Shown in pieces: positions 13,101 to 22,874 of a stretch of DNA of 64,000 bases (its first letter is position 1; each line of letters starts with the position of its first letter). The DNA lies in NCBI RefSeq assembly GCF_001447785.1, contig NW_015159759.1:68112-132111 (forward strand). Reading direction: 5' to 3'. A program made the translations under genes and the position numbers. Under the pieces are notes generated by a model. It made no database searches. It was not told where the DNA came from and worked only from the letters and a program-made list of their open reading frames with translations. This DNA comes from Gekko japonicus. Taxonomy: Eukaryota.

Positions 13101-16100
13101 CAGTGGCTGGAGAGACATGGAAACCCTAGACTGCTGCGAGGCATAGGGTTGCCAACCTCCAAGTGTGACCTGGAGACCCCCCCAGAATTACAATTGAACT
13201 CTAGACTGCAGAAATCTGTCTCCCTGGAGAAAACTGCTGCTTTGGAGGGTGGACTCTGTGGCATTATACCCAGCTGAGGCCTCTCCCTTCCCCAAACCCA
13301 GCCCTCCTTAGTCCACCACAAAACCTCTAGGAATTTCCCAGCCTGGTACTGGCCCCAAGGTTCCCTCCCTGAAAGGCCAAAATAGGCCTGGAAAGGGTCT
13401 CCCCCCACTTTTTACTGACAGAGCCAGTTAGAAGCCCCCCTCCCCGAACATTCTAATCTCTCACCATTGACGCCTGGAGTGACTGGCTCCCGTGGAGGCC
13501 ATTTCAAAATGTATTGGGGGGTATTCAACCCTCCAAGGTGTTCTTTGTTTTGTTTTTGTTTTTAACTTTTTGGATTTTTCTGCAGACCAGAGTCCTCTGA
13601 GTCTGTAGAAAAAGCCATTGGGAGAGAATGAGCTCTCTGTTGACAAAAATAAGTATACACTCAAAAGGGACTTTAGCTATTAGATATATAGATTCTATTC
13701 TATTAGTCTAAATCCTAGTTTGTTTGATGCTTCATGCTATTTGATTGTATTGTCTCATACTACAGAATTCTCGTAAATGAGATAGGTGGACTATAAAGCA
13801 AATAATCTTTTTGTTACAGAAAACAATTAGCTTGTTGAGAAAGTATCCAAATAATAAAGACGAAATGTTGACCTTAATCAACTTAAAGCAATCTACTTTG
13901 CATTTGTTTTTTTTAAAAGTATTGATTATTTCAGCCATGAGTGTTCTCTCTGAAGTGGGCACTAGGAGATTAGTATTTTCAAAGACAAATTAACATTAAT
14001 AGCAGTTTAGAAGCAGAATTTTGTAAATGCAGAACTGAGAGAACTTCCACCTCCCAACATTTTCACATCAGTCATGAAAGACAGAAGAACCTTGTCCAAT
14101 GTGGAACTTAGTGATACTGATTACTCTTTCACTTGATCCTCTATTGCTGAGGACAGCCAAGACAACATGTTTTCCTGCCCCTACCTCAGAAAGGAATATC
14201 TTAACTAGAAGAGAAAGGCATATAACAGTTTTTACCACTGAAGACTCTGGCCTTACCCATCTTTATGTCATTCTTTTTTACTCAATGTACAACCCTGTAC
14301 TTGCAGCTTTATTCTACTGTCCTTCTCTTTTTGGTTACAAGGCCAGGGTATGCATAGAGACACACCCTAACATTTCCTTCTCTTCAAAATATAGAACAGT
14401 TATTTTCTAAAGCTCCAGATCAACTTCAAACATACAGGCATTAATAGAAGTGATACAGAAATATCTGAATAAGAGTTCCTTGAACTAGGTTCTTTTATTT
14501 CACTTGTACAAAGTGTTAGGAATTCTCCAAAATCACCCACAAAATCGTATATCCAGCATTTAAGCAATAGGCTCACAAAGTATAACTGCAGATGATGGTA
14601 AGTTTTAAAATGTTTTAAAATGTTTACTTACGGACAGAGCTCCACTTCTAAATACTGCTCAGTCTGGCCATTCAAGAAGAAAGCTTCTACGACTAAGAAC
14701 ACATAAACCAGAAGTACTTATTTCATCCAATATTATTTTTACATTTCATATATTTAGTTTTATTTTCCATTCTACATTTTCATAGCTTTAATTACTTTTA
14801 CTGTTGCTTAAACTAAATGTATAACACATCTATTGACAGAGAGGGAAAAAATAGATCAATTCTGCCGCCTAAAGATATTGGGGGAGGGGATTACATCTCT
14901 CCTGATATAAACTGTTACTAAGGTATATGAAGCTTAGGAACTCTTCACTGGCATCCTGCAGTGTGAAATTGAGCAAAACTGAGCAATCACTTACTACAAG
15001 TAAAAACCTTAACTACAGGAAGCTGGTGCAATGAACCCCTAAAGCAATGGACTGAACATGGATGAATCTGGGAGATGAATCTCATCCACACGCATGAAAA
15101 ACCTACTTAAGCTACTTTTTTGCTATACTTTAGTGCAGCAGGGGTCAACAGAAGGAGTAAGATGGTAAGGATACAATGCAAATTGCTTCCATACCAATGA
15201 TTCCTTCTTTGCCCAGGAGAACAAAGCTATAAGGGATAAATGCTTTATACATTCTCTAGGAGTAGATAACCTGCAGCCAACTGACATTCTTGCAGACGCC
15301 AATTATCAGTTGTAAAAACATACTTAAGGTCACTCCAGTAGCAACCATTTCAAAACAATTCAATTTGGGCTGAGCTGGAGTCTCAGTATTTTAACTCATG
15401 GCTTTTGGTCTGTCCTAGAACGGCATATGAGTTTAGTAGATCAGTGACTTCTTTTGTACATATTTTACCTTGCCAGTTTTGTTGCACATACCTTTTAGAA
15501 ACCTTGTTTCTAAAACTGTTTCTACAATAACAGTATTTGGAGACTAAAAACGAAAAGAGGAAATGGCAAAGGCTTGGAGGTCAAACACATGGTTCCTTAT
15601 ACTAAAGATCTCCAGTTAAAGGAGCTCAGATAGTAGGTGTTGGGAAAGGCCATTCTCAGTCTGAGAGCCAATGGCAATCAAAGTAGATAATATGGAGCAA
15701 TATGGTCTGGCTGTTCATACAAAAATTGTCAGTTTTGCTCAACATGGATATATTCCTGTTGCATGTCTATACATCCAAAGTATTGTTTGTAGCATTGAAA
15801 ATCAAGCAGCTATAGAGTGGAAATCAGGGGAATTGTAGTGAACATAATAGTGCAGAGAATTTGTAACCAGGGAAGTAGGAGGAAAGAGATTAGAATAGAG
15901 TCGCAAATATATCCACAGAAGAGTTTACTAGCCAAACCTTTGTAAGCATTCATGTGTTGTTACTTGAGGAATGTCTTAATGAGACAGGTGACTACTTAAA
16001 AACCTGAGTTAGTATATAGAAACAGATCCTTTCCCAAATACAATGGGTGGGATGTTACAAACATTTTAACATGCTCATTTTCTCTCTTCACCCCCCATCC

Positions 16101-17854
16101 TGCCTGTCCACATGGGTTTTACAATCTTCAGATAGTGTTTTTGGTGGTCAAGAGGCCCCTCTATTGCTTGTACCAGCAAAAAAACGATAAGATCCAACCC
16201 ATTCTGAATTCAGCTCACTTACTTTCAAATGATTGGAGATGACGCTTCTGTAACTGACCTATTTAAACTTAGATGTAAAGTAACAGATTTTACCCTCTTC
16301 TTTCGGATGAACAAAATTTTTATCCAGTATGAAAGATGGGTATTTTAAGTAGCTATTAGCCAGAGATCTGATTTCAGTTCTAATTGGCCCAAGACATAGC
16401 TTTATAATGTATTAAAGTTAAAAGGCAAACATGAGTCATGGAAGCTCAAACACTATCCAACCTTTCCAACAGGACAAAGACTTGCACTACAGTACCTGAA
16501 GGTGTGTTAATGATGTGACTACAGGATCATAATGTCAAAATCAGCTCTTAGTAATATTATCTATAGCAGTGGTCCCCAATGTGGCACCCTTGAGTGCCAT
16601 GGCACCCACTAACACTTTTCCTGGTGCCCACCAAGTGTTTCTAGAAATAGGTGGGGCTTTTGCTCAGCAGGGCCTCTGATTAGTTGTGCAGGTTTTCAAA
16701 AAACTACTTCAGCAGCAGCTGCCACGTCAGCACAAGGATATTCACTGCACGATGAAGATAAGATGTGTATATGCAAGAATATATTTTAAACAATATGTTC
16801 AAAATGCATCCAGTTAACCAGAGCGTCTGCCTGAATGGTTGAAGTGTTAAAGTTATGCACAACCCCACTCCCTGATATTTTGTGTTTGGCTCTGACTCTC
16901 ATAGCAGCCATTTTTTGGTTGCACCCACCACCACCAAAGGTGCCCAGAGGCGCAAAAAGGTTGGGGACCCTTGATCTACAAGTAACTGATTACCAACATT
17001 TCATTCACTATAATTAACTAAAAATACTTTGTTTATAAATGCATGCCCAGCATTAAGGTTTACACATTTGCTAAGAAACATATATTTTAAACTTACTAAT
17101 AGGCCATGTTAGCAGCTTGCTAAACCTTTTTCTCTTCTGCACCATAGGTTGTCACTGCAGTTTTCATAGCACTCAATTTTTCTTGACTTTCCGAAGCAAA
17201 AGCTGTGTGACAGCTTTTACAAGGAGTCTTACAGTAATGACATGATTTGGAAATCAGATTTGGACAATTAGATTATTTTGTTTACCCTACAATGCCAAGA
17301 CAGGCACACTGACATGTTCCTCTACATAGCAGGCAGAGCTGCACAGAGAACTATAAAAATGCACACCAGTTTTATGAAAATGGGCCATGTTTCAAGACTG
17401 ATTAAAGTAGCATACTCAATACACAAATGCTACTTGATGCTCGTTTACTTGAGCTACATAACCTCAAACATCTTAATAAAAAGGAAATCAATCCCTCTAC
17501 CCTGCCATAAGTGCTTTAAAAGCAATTGTCTGTTCAGAATTCTCAACTAGTCCATGTATTTATCCACTCAAGCAATGTGGGGCTGGTGTTCCTATTGATA
17601 GGAATACCAACCTTTCTGCAAGGATTTATTGCCAGAGTACCCTAAATATAAGATCTCAAATTATTTCACTTACCCTCATAATCCCATAGTCCATTGAATG
17701 GTTTTCCTGGATCACTGGGAGGAGCTGGCGGATCATTATAAAATGGAGCAGTTACATCCATGAACAGTCCTGCATTGGCAGGAGCCAGCCTAATTGTTAC
17801 AGGATCATGAGACACTGAAAAGCCATTCCACGTATGTTCAATTTTAAACTCCAT
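7074..17854 (-). CDS. C4orf33: UPF0462 protein C4orf33 homolog; 5 coding exons (17674-17854, 14632-14692, 10880-10931, 10596-10795, 7074-7164), 585 nt, 194 aa
   Basis: Spliced translation [12 protein letters not shown]...[31 protein letters not shown]...LPWSYLPP...[17 protein letters not shown]...QPDFHRLEYFK...WAP* matches C4orf33 as I recall it; exon sizes 181/61/52/200, GT-AG introns, phases consistent; head-to-head with SCLT1 as in mammals. Confidence 0.95.
7268..9197. mobile_element. Non-autonomous hAT (Ac-like) DNA transposon interrupted by a solo LTR
   Basis: Ends TAGGGGTGTG...CACATCCGTC (imperfect TIR); 8-bp TSD GTGTCAAC/ATGTCAAC (7260-7267, 9198-9205); internal ~112-bp subrepeats at ~8808, 8920 and 9032. 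Confidence 0.65.
7306..8394 (+). mobile_element. Solo LTR (~1.09 kb; Gypsy/ERV-like)
   Basis: 4-bp TSD TACC (7302-7305, 8395-8398); ends in CTAACA; TATAAAA at 7864 and AGTAAA at 8249; the host element reads through when it is removed. Confidence 0.55.
9952..10052 (-). mobile_element. Sauria-type SINE 3' fragment (RTE/BovB-related tail)
   Basis: Reverse complement resembles ...TCTCTTGCCTTGAAAACCCTATGGGGTCACC...ACTTGATGG plus a (CCA)n tail; similar to the tail of the 50.0-50.2 kb element. Confidence 0.55.
10596..10795 (-). CDS. C4orf33: C4orf33 coding exon 4 (200 nt; [11 protein letters not shown]...QQPDF)
   Basis: aatacag|CAA GAG CTT ... CCT GAT TT|gtaagt; open frame. Confidence 0.95.
10880..10931 (-). 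CDS. C4orf33: C4orf33 coding exon 3 (52 nt; [17 protein letters not shown])
   Basis: ttttcgtag|G CAT GGA ... CTA AAA|gtaagt. Confidence 0.93.
12090..13350. mobile_element. Cluster of at least four related hAT-like MITEs with TAGGGTTGCCA-type TIRs
   Basis: GGCAACCCTA at 12501, TAGGGATGCCAG at 12886, TAGGGTTGCCAAC at 13144; shared core GGAGAAAATGGNTGCTTTGGAGGGTGGANTCTATGGCAT in both orientations. Confidence 0.65.
12635..12790 (-). mobile_element. Older MIR/Squam3-like SINE fragment
   Basis: ACAACCCTGTGAGGT...CACCCAG..AGCTT...GAACCTAGGTCT...CTGTACCACGCTGGCT, homologous to 42402-42667. Confidence 0.5.
14632..14692 (-). CDS. C4orf33: C4orf33 coding exon 2 (61 nt; [21 protein letters not shown])
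   Basis: ttcttag|TC GTA GAA ... TGT CC|gtaagt. Confidence 0.95.
16567..16973. mobile_element. hAT (Charlie-like) MITE
   Basis: TIR CAGTGGTCCCCAA / TTGGGGACCCTTG; imperfect 8-bp TSD ATCTATAG/ATCTACAA; a related inverted copy at ~43060-43527. Confidence 0.65.
17674..17854 (-). CDS. C4orf33: C4orf33 coding exon 1 (ATG; 181 nt)
   Basis: ttcag|ATG GAG TTT AAA ... TAT GAG G|gtaagt. Confidence 0.95.
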
Positions 17855-20003
17855 CTGAATATTTTAGATGTAAACATAAAAATTTTAGATTTAGCCCAAA
17901 ATACTACTAAGATGTTTGGCAGTAAAGCTTTTGATTACTTTACTCTGCGAAAAAAATTTCTCATATGACTGACTCACAAACATCGACAAGCAGCCGTTCA
18001 TAAAATGACTGAGCCAAGCCAGAAGACGTTTACACCATGCAGTGACAGTGTGTGCAATTAAATGAATATATGTTGTCCTCCCTATCCCCTATGAACATTG
18101 TTAGTCCCCTGTCTAAAATGTGTAACTGTACATCGCTTTTCTGATACAAACATTTCATTAAGGTAATCATGCAAGTACACAGTCTTATAGCTTCTAAATA
18201 AATTATATTATTTACTCAATCTTTTTTAAATTAACAGTTAATTTCTCAGTATATGTGGAAAAGTCATACCTCATAGAAATCCAGAACTGTTCAAACGAAC
18301 ATCACAGAGGTACATGGCAATTGGGTACAACATGCAAGAAAAAATAATCGCTTATATAAATAGTACTTTAACTGAAATATTATGGTATCCAAAATATCAT
18401 TCTACAATCTGCCAGTAATTTCTAGAACATGCAAGAATGGCATAACTAGAGATACAATCTCCCCCCCCCCTTGGGGGGACTATAAACCAACTGTGACACA
18501 TATGGGTGGATTCCATATTTAACTGGAAGTTCCACTAAGAACTATCATTCAGTTAACCCCATGTTGAGGATCAAATACCTTGGAATGTTGTACTTTTCTT
18601 GTGGCACTCTATGCCTGTCTGTTCCTGCCCAGTTTCACCACATGGTGTCCACAGTGATCAAAAAATTAACTTACAAATATACATATGTATTGCCATCTTC
18701 CTGATAAAGACATATATTCTCAAAAGAACTGGTGCTAAGAAATACTGGTGCCAAGATTAGCCTTGGATTAAATAAAATTTTTAACAAATCCAGAGGATGT
18801 AAAGTTGTATTCCAGTTTGCAATTTTAAAAAGATTACCACATTTTTTCAGTTATAAAATCCGATTCATGTGATACAGCTGCATTTCAGAACTGTAAAAGT
18901 GTTCTAACAGGTGCGTAACATGATAGTCTCACTCTCGTTGGAATTCTAGGGTCAAACAACTCCAGTGTGCAGCCCCTTCACGCATAATTCCCATTCCCAT
19001 CCCATAGTAAGTGCTTGTCTATACCATCTGTCTATTAATTCCATACAATGAGTGTTCTTGTTAGCTGGTCAACATTACGACACTCTTTGAGAGTCTTCCA
19101 AAGCCAAAACACTGAGTAGAAGCTCTTCTGAACAGATTAACTTGTGCTGAGCTAGTACAGGGCTTGTTTATGTTAAACATTTTACTCTTGGTGGGACCAA
19201 TACTTCTACAGACACAAAATATCATTGGACACTCAACTCACATTGCCCATCTTAAAGCCATGCAAAAATTGCCATGGAAAATGGTGTCATTTACCTTCAT
19301 CATCCAACCTTAGGCCTCAGAATCTAATAGAGGGAGAACAGAAACTTCCATTCCCCATTGCTATGGCGTGCCTGGCTAAAAACAGAGTGGAGGGTGCAAC
19401 CTGCAAGAATCTCTCTTTCAGCACAGATTCACCAAAGAGCACGTAGACAGGCCTTCTCTTCCTAGCCATGTTTGGCATCAATGGAAATAAAAGGAACTGC
19501 CAGAAGCATCTTCTTTAAGGAATCAGTGAATCTCCATCATCCTCCATTGACAGGCCCTGTCGTCAGCACGCAGTCCCTTAATGAGGATCTGAGTTCGCTT
19601 AAACTGATAAGCCAAACCGCATACATTTCCATTGTCTTAACGCAACTGAAAAACTCCCGTTAGCCCTGGATCCTGGTTGCCAACTTTCCCCCTACCAAGG
19701 GGCCTTGTACCTTTAAGAGCCGTACAGCAGGAAAAGCTTCTGAGGCTTGAATTTCTGCTTGTTGACAAACAGAAGTCCTGTTGGGGATGTGCCTGGGAGA
19801 AAGGAACTCCCAATGGAGTTCTTGATGAAGATTAATGATAGGAAGGAAAGGGGCCCGATAACTGAGGGAGAGAGAAGAAAGCTTTTAGTCATTTCATCTA
19901 TGCCAAGAGTGGTCAGCTGAGCCCCCCCCCCCCAAGCCAAAGAGCCCTTTCCCCAGCCCCGTAGCTATAGTGGGGCCTCTCAGTGCCCAGCCCCACACCC
20001 CAA

Positions 20004-20205
20004 CAATGTTCCCTCTAAGATGTGCAGTCTTGTGAGCAACAAATTTACTTTGTGAGGTACTGGCATTAAAATTGTGAGCCAGTGATATGGCTACTGCATT
20101 AGTTTGCTCTGGAGCCATCCTTCCTGAGCTAAGACAAAAATGTGTGATCCGGAAGCTAAAAAACTGTGAGCTAGCTCACACTAACTCGGTTTAGAGGGAA
20201 CACTG
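20004..20205. mobile_element. hAT MITE (CAGTGTTCCCTCTAAG TIR family)
   Basis: CAATGTTCCCTCTAAG...TTAGAGGGAACACTG; same family as 45369-45574. Confidence 0.7.
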
Positions 20206-20289
20206 CGGGGCCCGACTTACCACCAAGGCCCCCAACTCCCCACCCAGCCCAGGGTCCCCGACTTCCCATTTTTTGGAATTCTAAAATTT

Positions 20290-21170
20290 ACTGCACGCTC
20301 GCTGCCGCCGGCAAATATGACTCCTGGAAGCTCCTGGAGGAGCTGAGCAGGGCCGGCCCGATGGGGAGGGTGCTGGCAATCCCCGCGCCGCCCTCTCTCG
20401 CCGGCTGCTCATCACCGCTGCCGGCAAGCCCTGCACCGCGCTCTCTTACCGGCCGCTCTCTCCCTTTGCCGGCAAGCTGGCCAGGCAAGCCGTGCTGCGC
20501 CCGCCGCCCTCCAATCCCACGCCGCAGCCGCTCTCTCTCGCCTATCGCTGGCCGCGGCTCTGCATCAAGCTGCAGGAGGGGTAGGAATGCCAGACTCCAG
20601 GTGGGAGTAAATCTTTATTATCTTTAAGTGTGAGCATAATGGGTGCCCCACAAGAAGAAACTTGCCCCACAAACCCAAGAAGCAGGCAAAGGGAAGGAAA
20701 AGGAGACCACGCTTCCGCCCATCGTCCCCGCTTACTTTCCAGCACCTCTGAAGAGAGAATGAGGAAGGGATAGGCGAGCAGGTGACATTTCAAACTAACG
20801 GAAAAGTCACCTCCCAGCTCAACCTAGGATACGATTGGCTCATCTTTCTTCGAATCATGTGACGCGTCCTGGATCACTTAGGTCTGTCGTTAAGGAAATC
20901 GTTGGCGGTGTTGTGGAAAGTCATCGGGAGGCGCGCGCCGCCTCTCCAGAGGAGACCCCTGATTGGACAGGGAGGGAAGCTGACGTCGTTGAGCGCGGCC
21001 CAGGAGCTTCCTTCTTCTGACGGCTGGACTCCCCTTTCTGTGTATAGCGGCGGCGGGCTTTCAACTGTTCGCGAGTCGTGTTGTGTCGGAATCGGGAAGC
21101 ACGTGAGGAAACTGACGAAGGAATTATTTGTATAATCCCAGGGCGTTTTCTCCAAGAACGCGTTTCTCTT
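20290..21170. promoter_or_regulatory. CpG island / bidirectional promoter of C4orf33 and SCLT1
   Basis: CpG-dense segment between two divergent genes; reverse CCAAT (GATTGG) at 20833 and 20961, CRE-like TGACGTC at 20981, E-box CACGTG at 21100; candidate minus-strand first-exon donors at 20735 and 20220. Confidence 0.75.
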
Positions 21171-21662
21171 AAGTAGTTTCAGTAAGCACTACACGCCTGC
21201 TTCAGGGTAAATCTAAACAGAGGACTCTTGGTACCTGTGAAAACTAACAAAATTTTATTCCACTATAAGCTTCTGCAAACTAGCGTCCAATTTTGCTACA
21301 AAAGAATAACAGAGCTATCCCTCTGCAGTTCTACTCGGAAGTAAGTACCACCGAGTTCATTTGGATATCCCTAGGTAAGTGTGCCAGGGGCTTCAGAACA
21401 GGGCGTTCTTATATTCAATTACAGTGGAACTTCCATGAATTGGGAGCAGAGAACTCCCTGGCAGAGGACAGCAAGTGGTTCAGTGTTGGCTGATCTTCAT
21501 AGGAAGGTTAAACCAGAAGGGATCTGACCCTGATCTCTCCCTGTCCCCCTTTCCCGGTAGTCCTCATTGGGGCAGTGGTATTGGACCTGGAGTGTCTCAG
21601 TGAGAAGGGCTGCTGTGTTCATGTTTTATACCCTTGGTAACTGAAATAGCACCATTTAAAGG

Positions 21663-21820
21663 GTGGGCCTGTGGCTCAGTGGCAGAGCATCTTGTTTGGC
21701 ATGCAGAAAGTCCCAGGTTCAATCCTGCCATCTCCAGATAAAAGAACTGCTGCCAGTCTGAGTAGATGATGACCTTGATGGACTAATAGCCTGATTCAGT
21801 ATGAGGTAGCTTCATGTGTG
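21663..21820 (+). mobile_element. tRNA(Ala-like)-derived SINE with CR1-like 3' tail
   Basis: A box TGGCTCAGTGG, B box GGTTCAATCC, tail GACCTTGATGGACTAAT..CTGATTCAGTAT.AGG.AGCTTCAT; copies at 47.7 kb and 58.4 kb. Confidence 0.75.
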
Positions 21821-22846
21821 TATTCAGCTTCCAAAGGAAAATTGGGGAGGGTGGGATACTCTGAGGATCTTGGGTTTTGCTAACACGTGCTGTCCCAACT
21901 AGGTGCTTTTATATTTCTTGAGACAGGGGGATATGTTGCAGAGTTGTGTGTTAATGGGGCCGGCTCTTTCAGACTGCTTCAGCCGATTAGGGTAATTCTG
22001 AATTTGGTGAAAGGAAGGCATGATGAAAGGAATGATTGTTAGCTGGAATTACATTAGGACTAGAAAAAGAAAATATGCCACTCTATGAAGAGTGAAATAC
22101 ACTGAGTTTGGTCTGTAGAGATGTAATCAGCAGAATACTGACAGTGCAATCCTATGCAGAATTACTCCAATCTAAACTCATGGAATTCAGTACTGCATAA
22201 GATTGTACTTATATATGTTTAAATATTTGGACTTTGGGGGCTTGAGGCCTTTTATAGAGCTTTCCTTTACGTTCCAGCTTATTATTTAAGGCTCTGATTA
22301 GTCATTCCAACAATTGACAGAATAATGTCAAAATTCTTGCAGGTTTTTTTCTAGTGTTTTTCTTTAGTAAACAAATCAATAAAGGGATGTTGTGTAATTA
22401 TTGCAAGGTCTTTTCAGTCAGTGGTTCTGGAGTGTGCCCTTCAACATTCTATGGATTTCTACCTGTGGCTGTACTATGAGTTCTTTAGCTACATTTTTAA
22501 AGAAATATGATAGCTGAGTGTTTCATTAGTGTCTGAATGAATCATGGAAACTATCAGTGCTCTAAATTTTATAAAATGAATTGGAGCCTCAAAATATAGA
22601 TGAGAAAGCTTTCTCTACAACTTCTGATAGCATATGTGGAAATGTTTGTATATAAAAAAGTAGAATGCTTTGCACTACATGCTAAGAACAGAACATTTCC
22701 AAATCCTGAAGAGAGTTAAAGTTAAAAATGATAATACAAGTAAATTAATATAATGTTTGAAAGTTATATTTATTTGGTTTCTGCAGATTTTGTACTTCTG
22801 CTGGAGGGAGGGAATCAGTTGGAAACCTGTCAGCTAAAATTATCAA

Positions 22847-22874
22847 ATGGCAACAGAAGCTTCGCGAGATCTGA
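22847..22874 (+). CDS. SCLT1: SCLT1 coding exon 1 (MATEASRDL; exon probably begins at 22787)
   Basis: AAATGG Kozak context; CTGA|gtaagt phase-1 donor fits exon 2; upstream acceptor tttctgcag at 22786. Confidence 0.75.
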
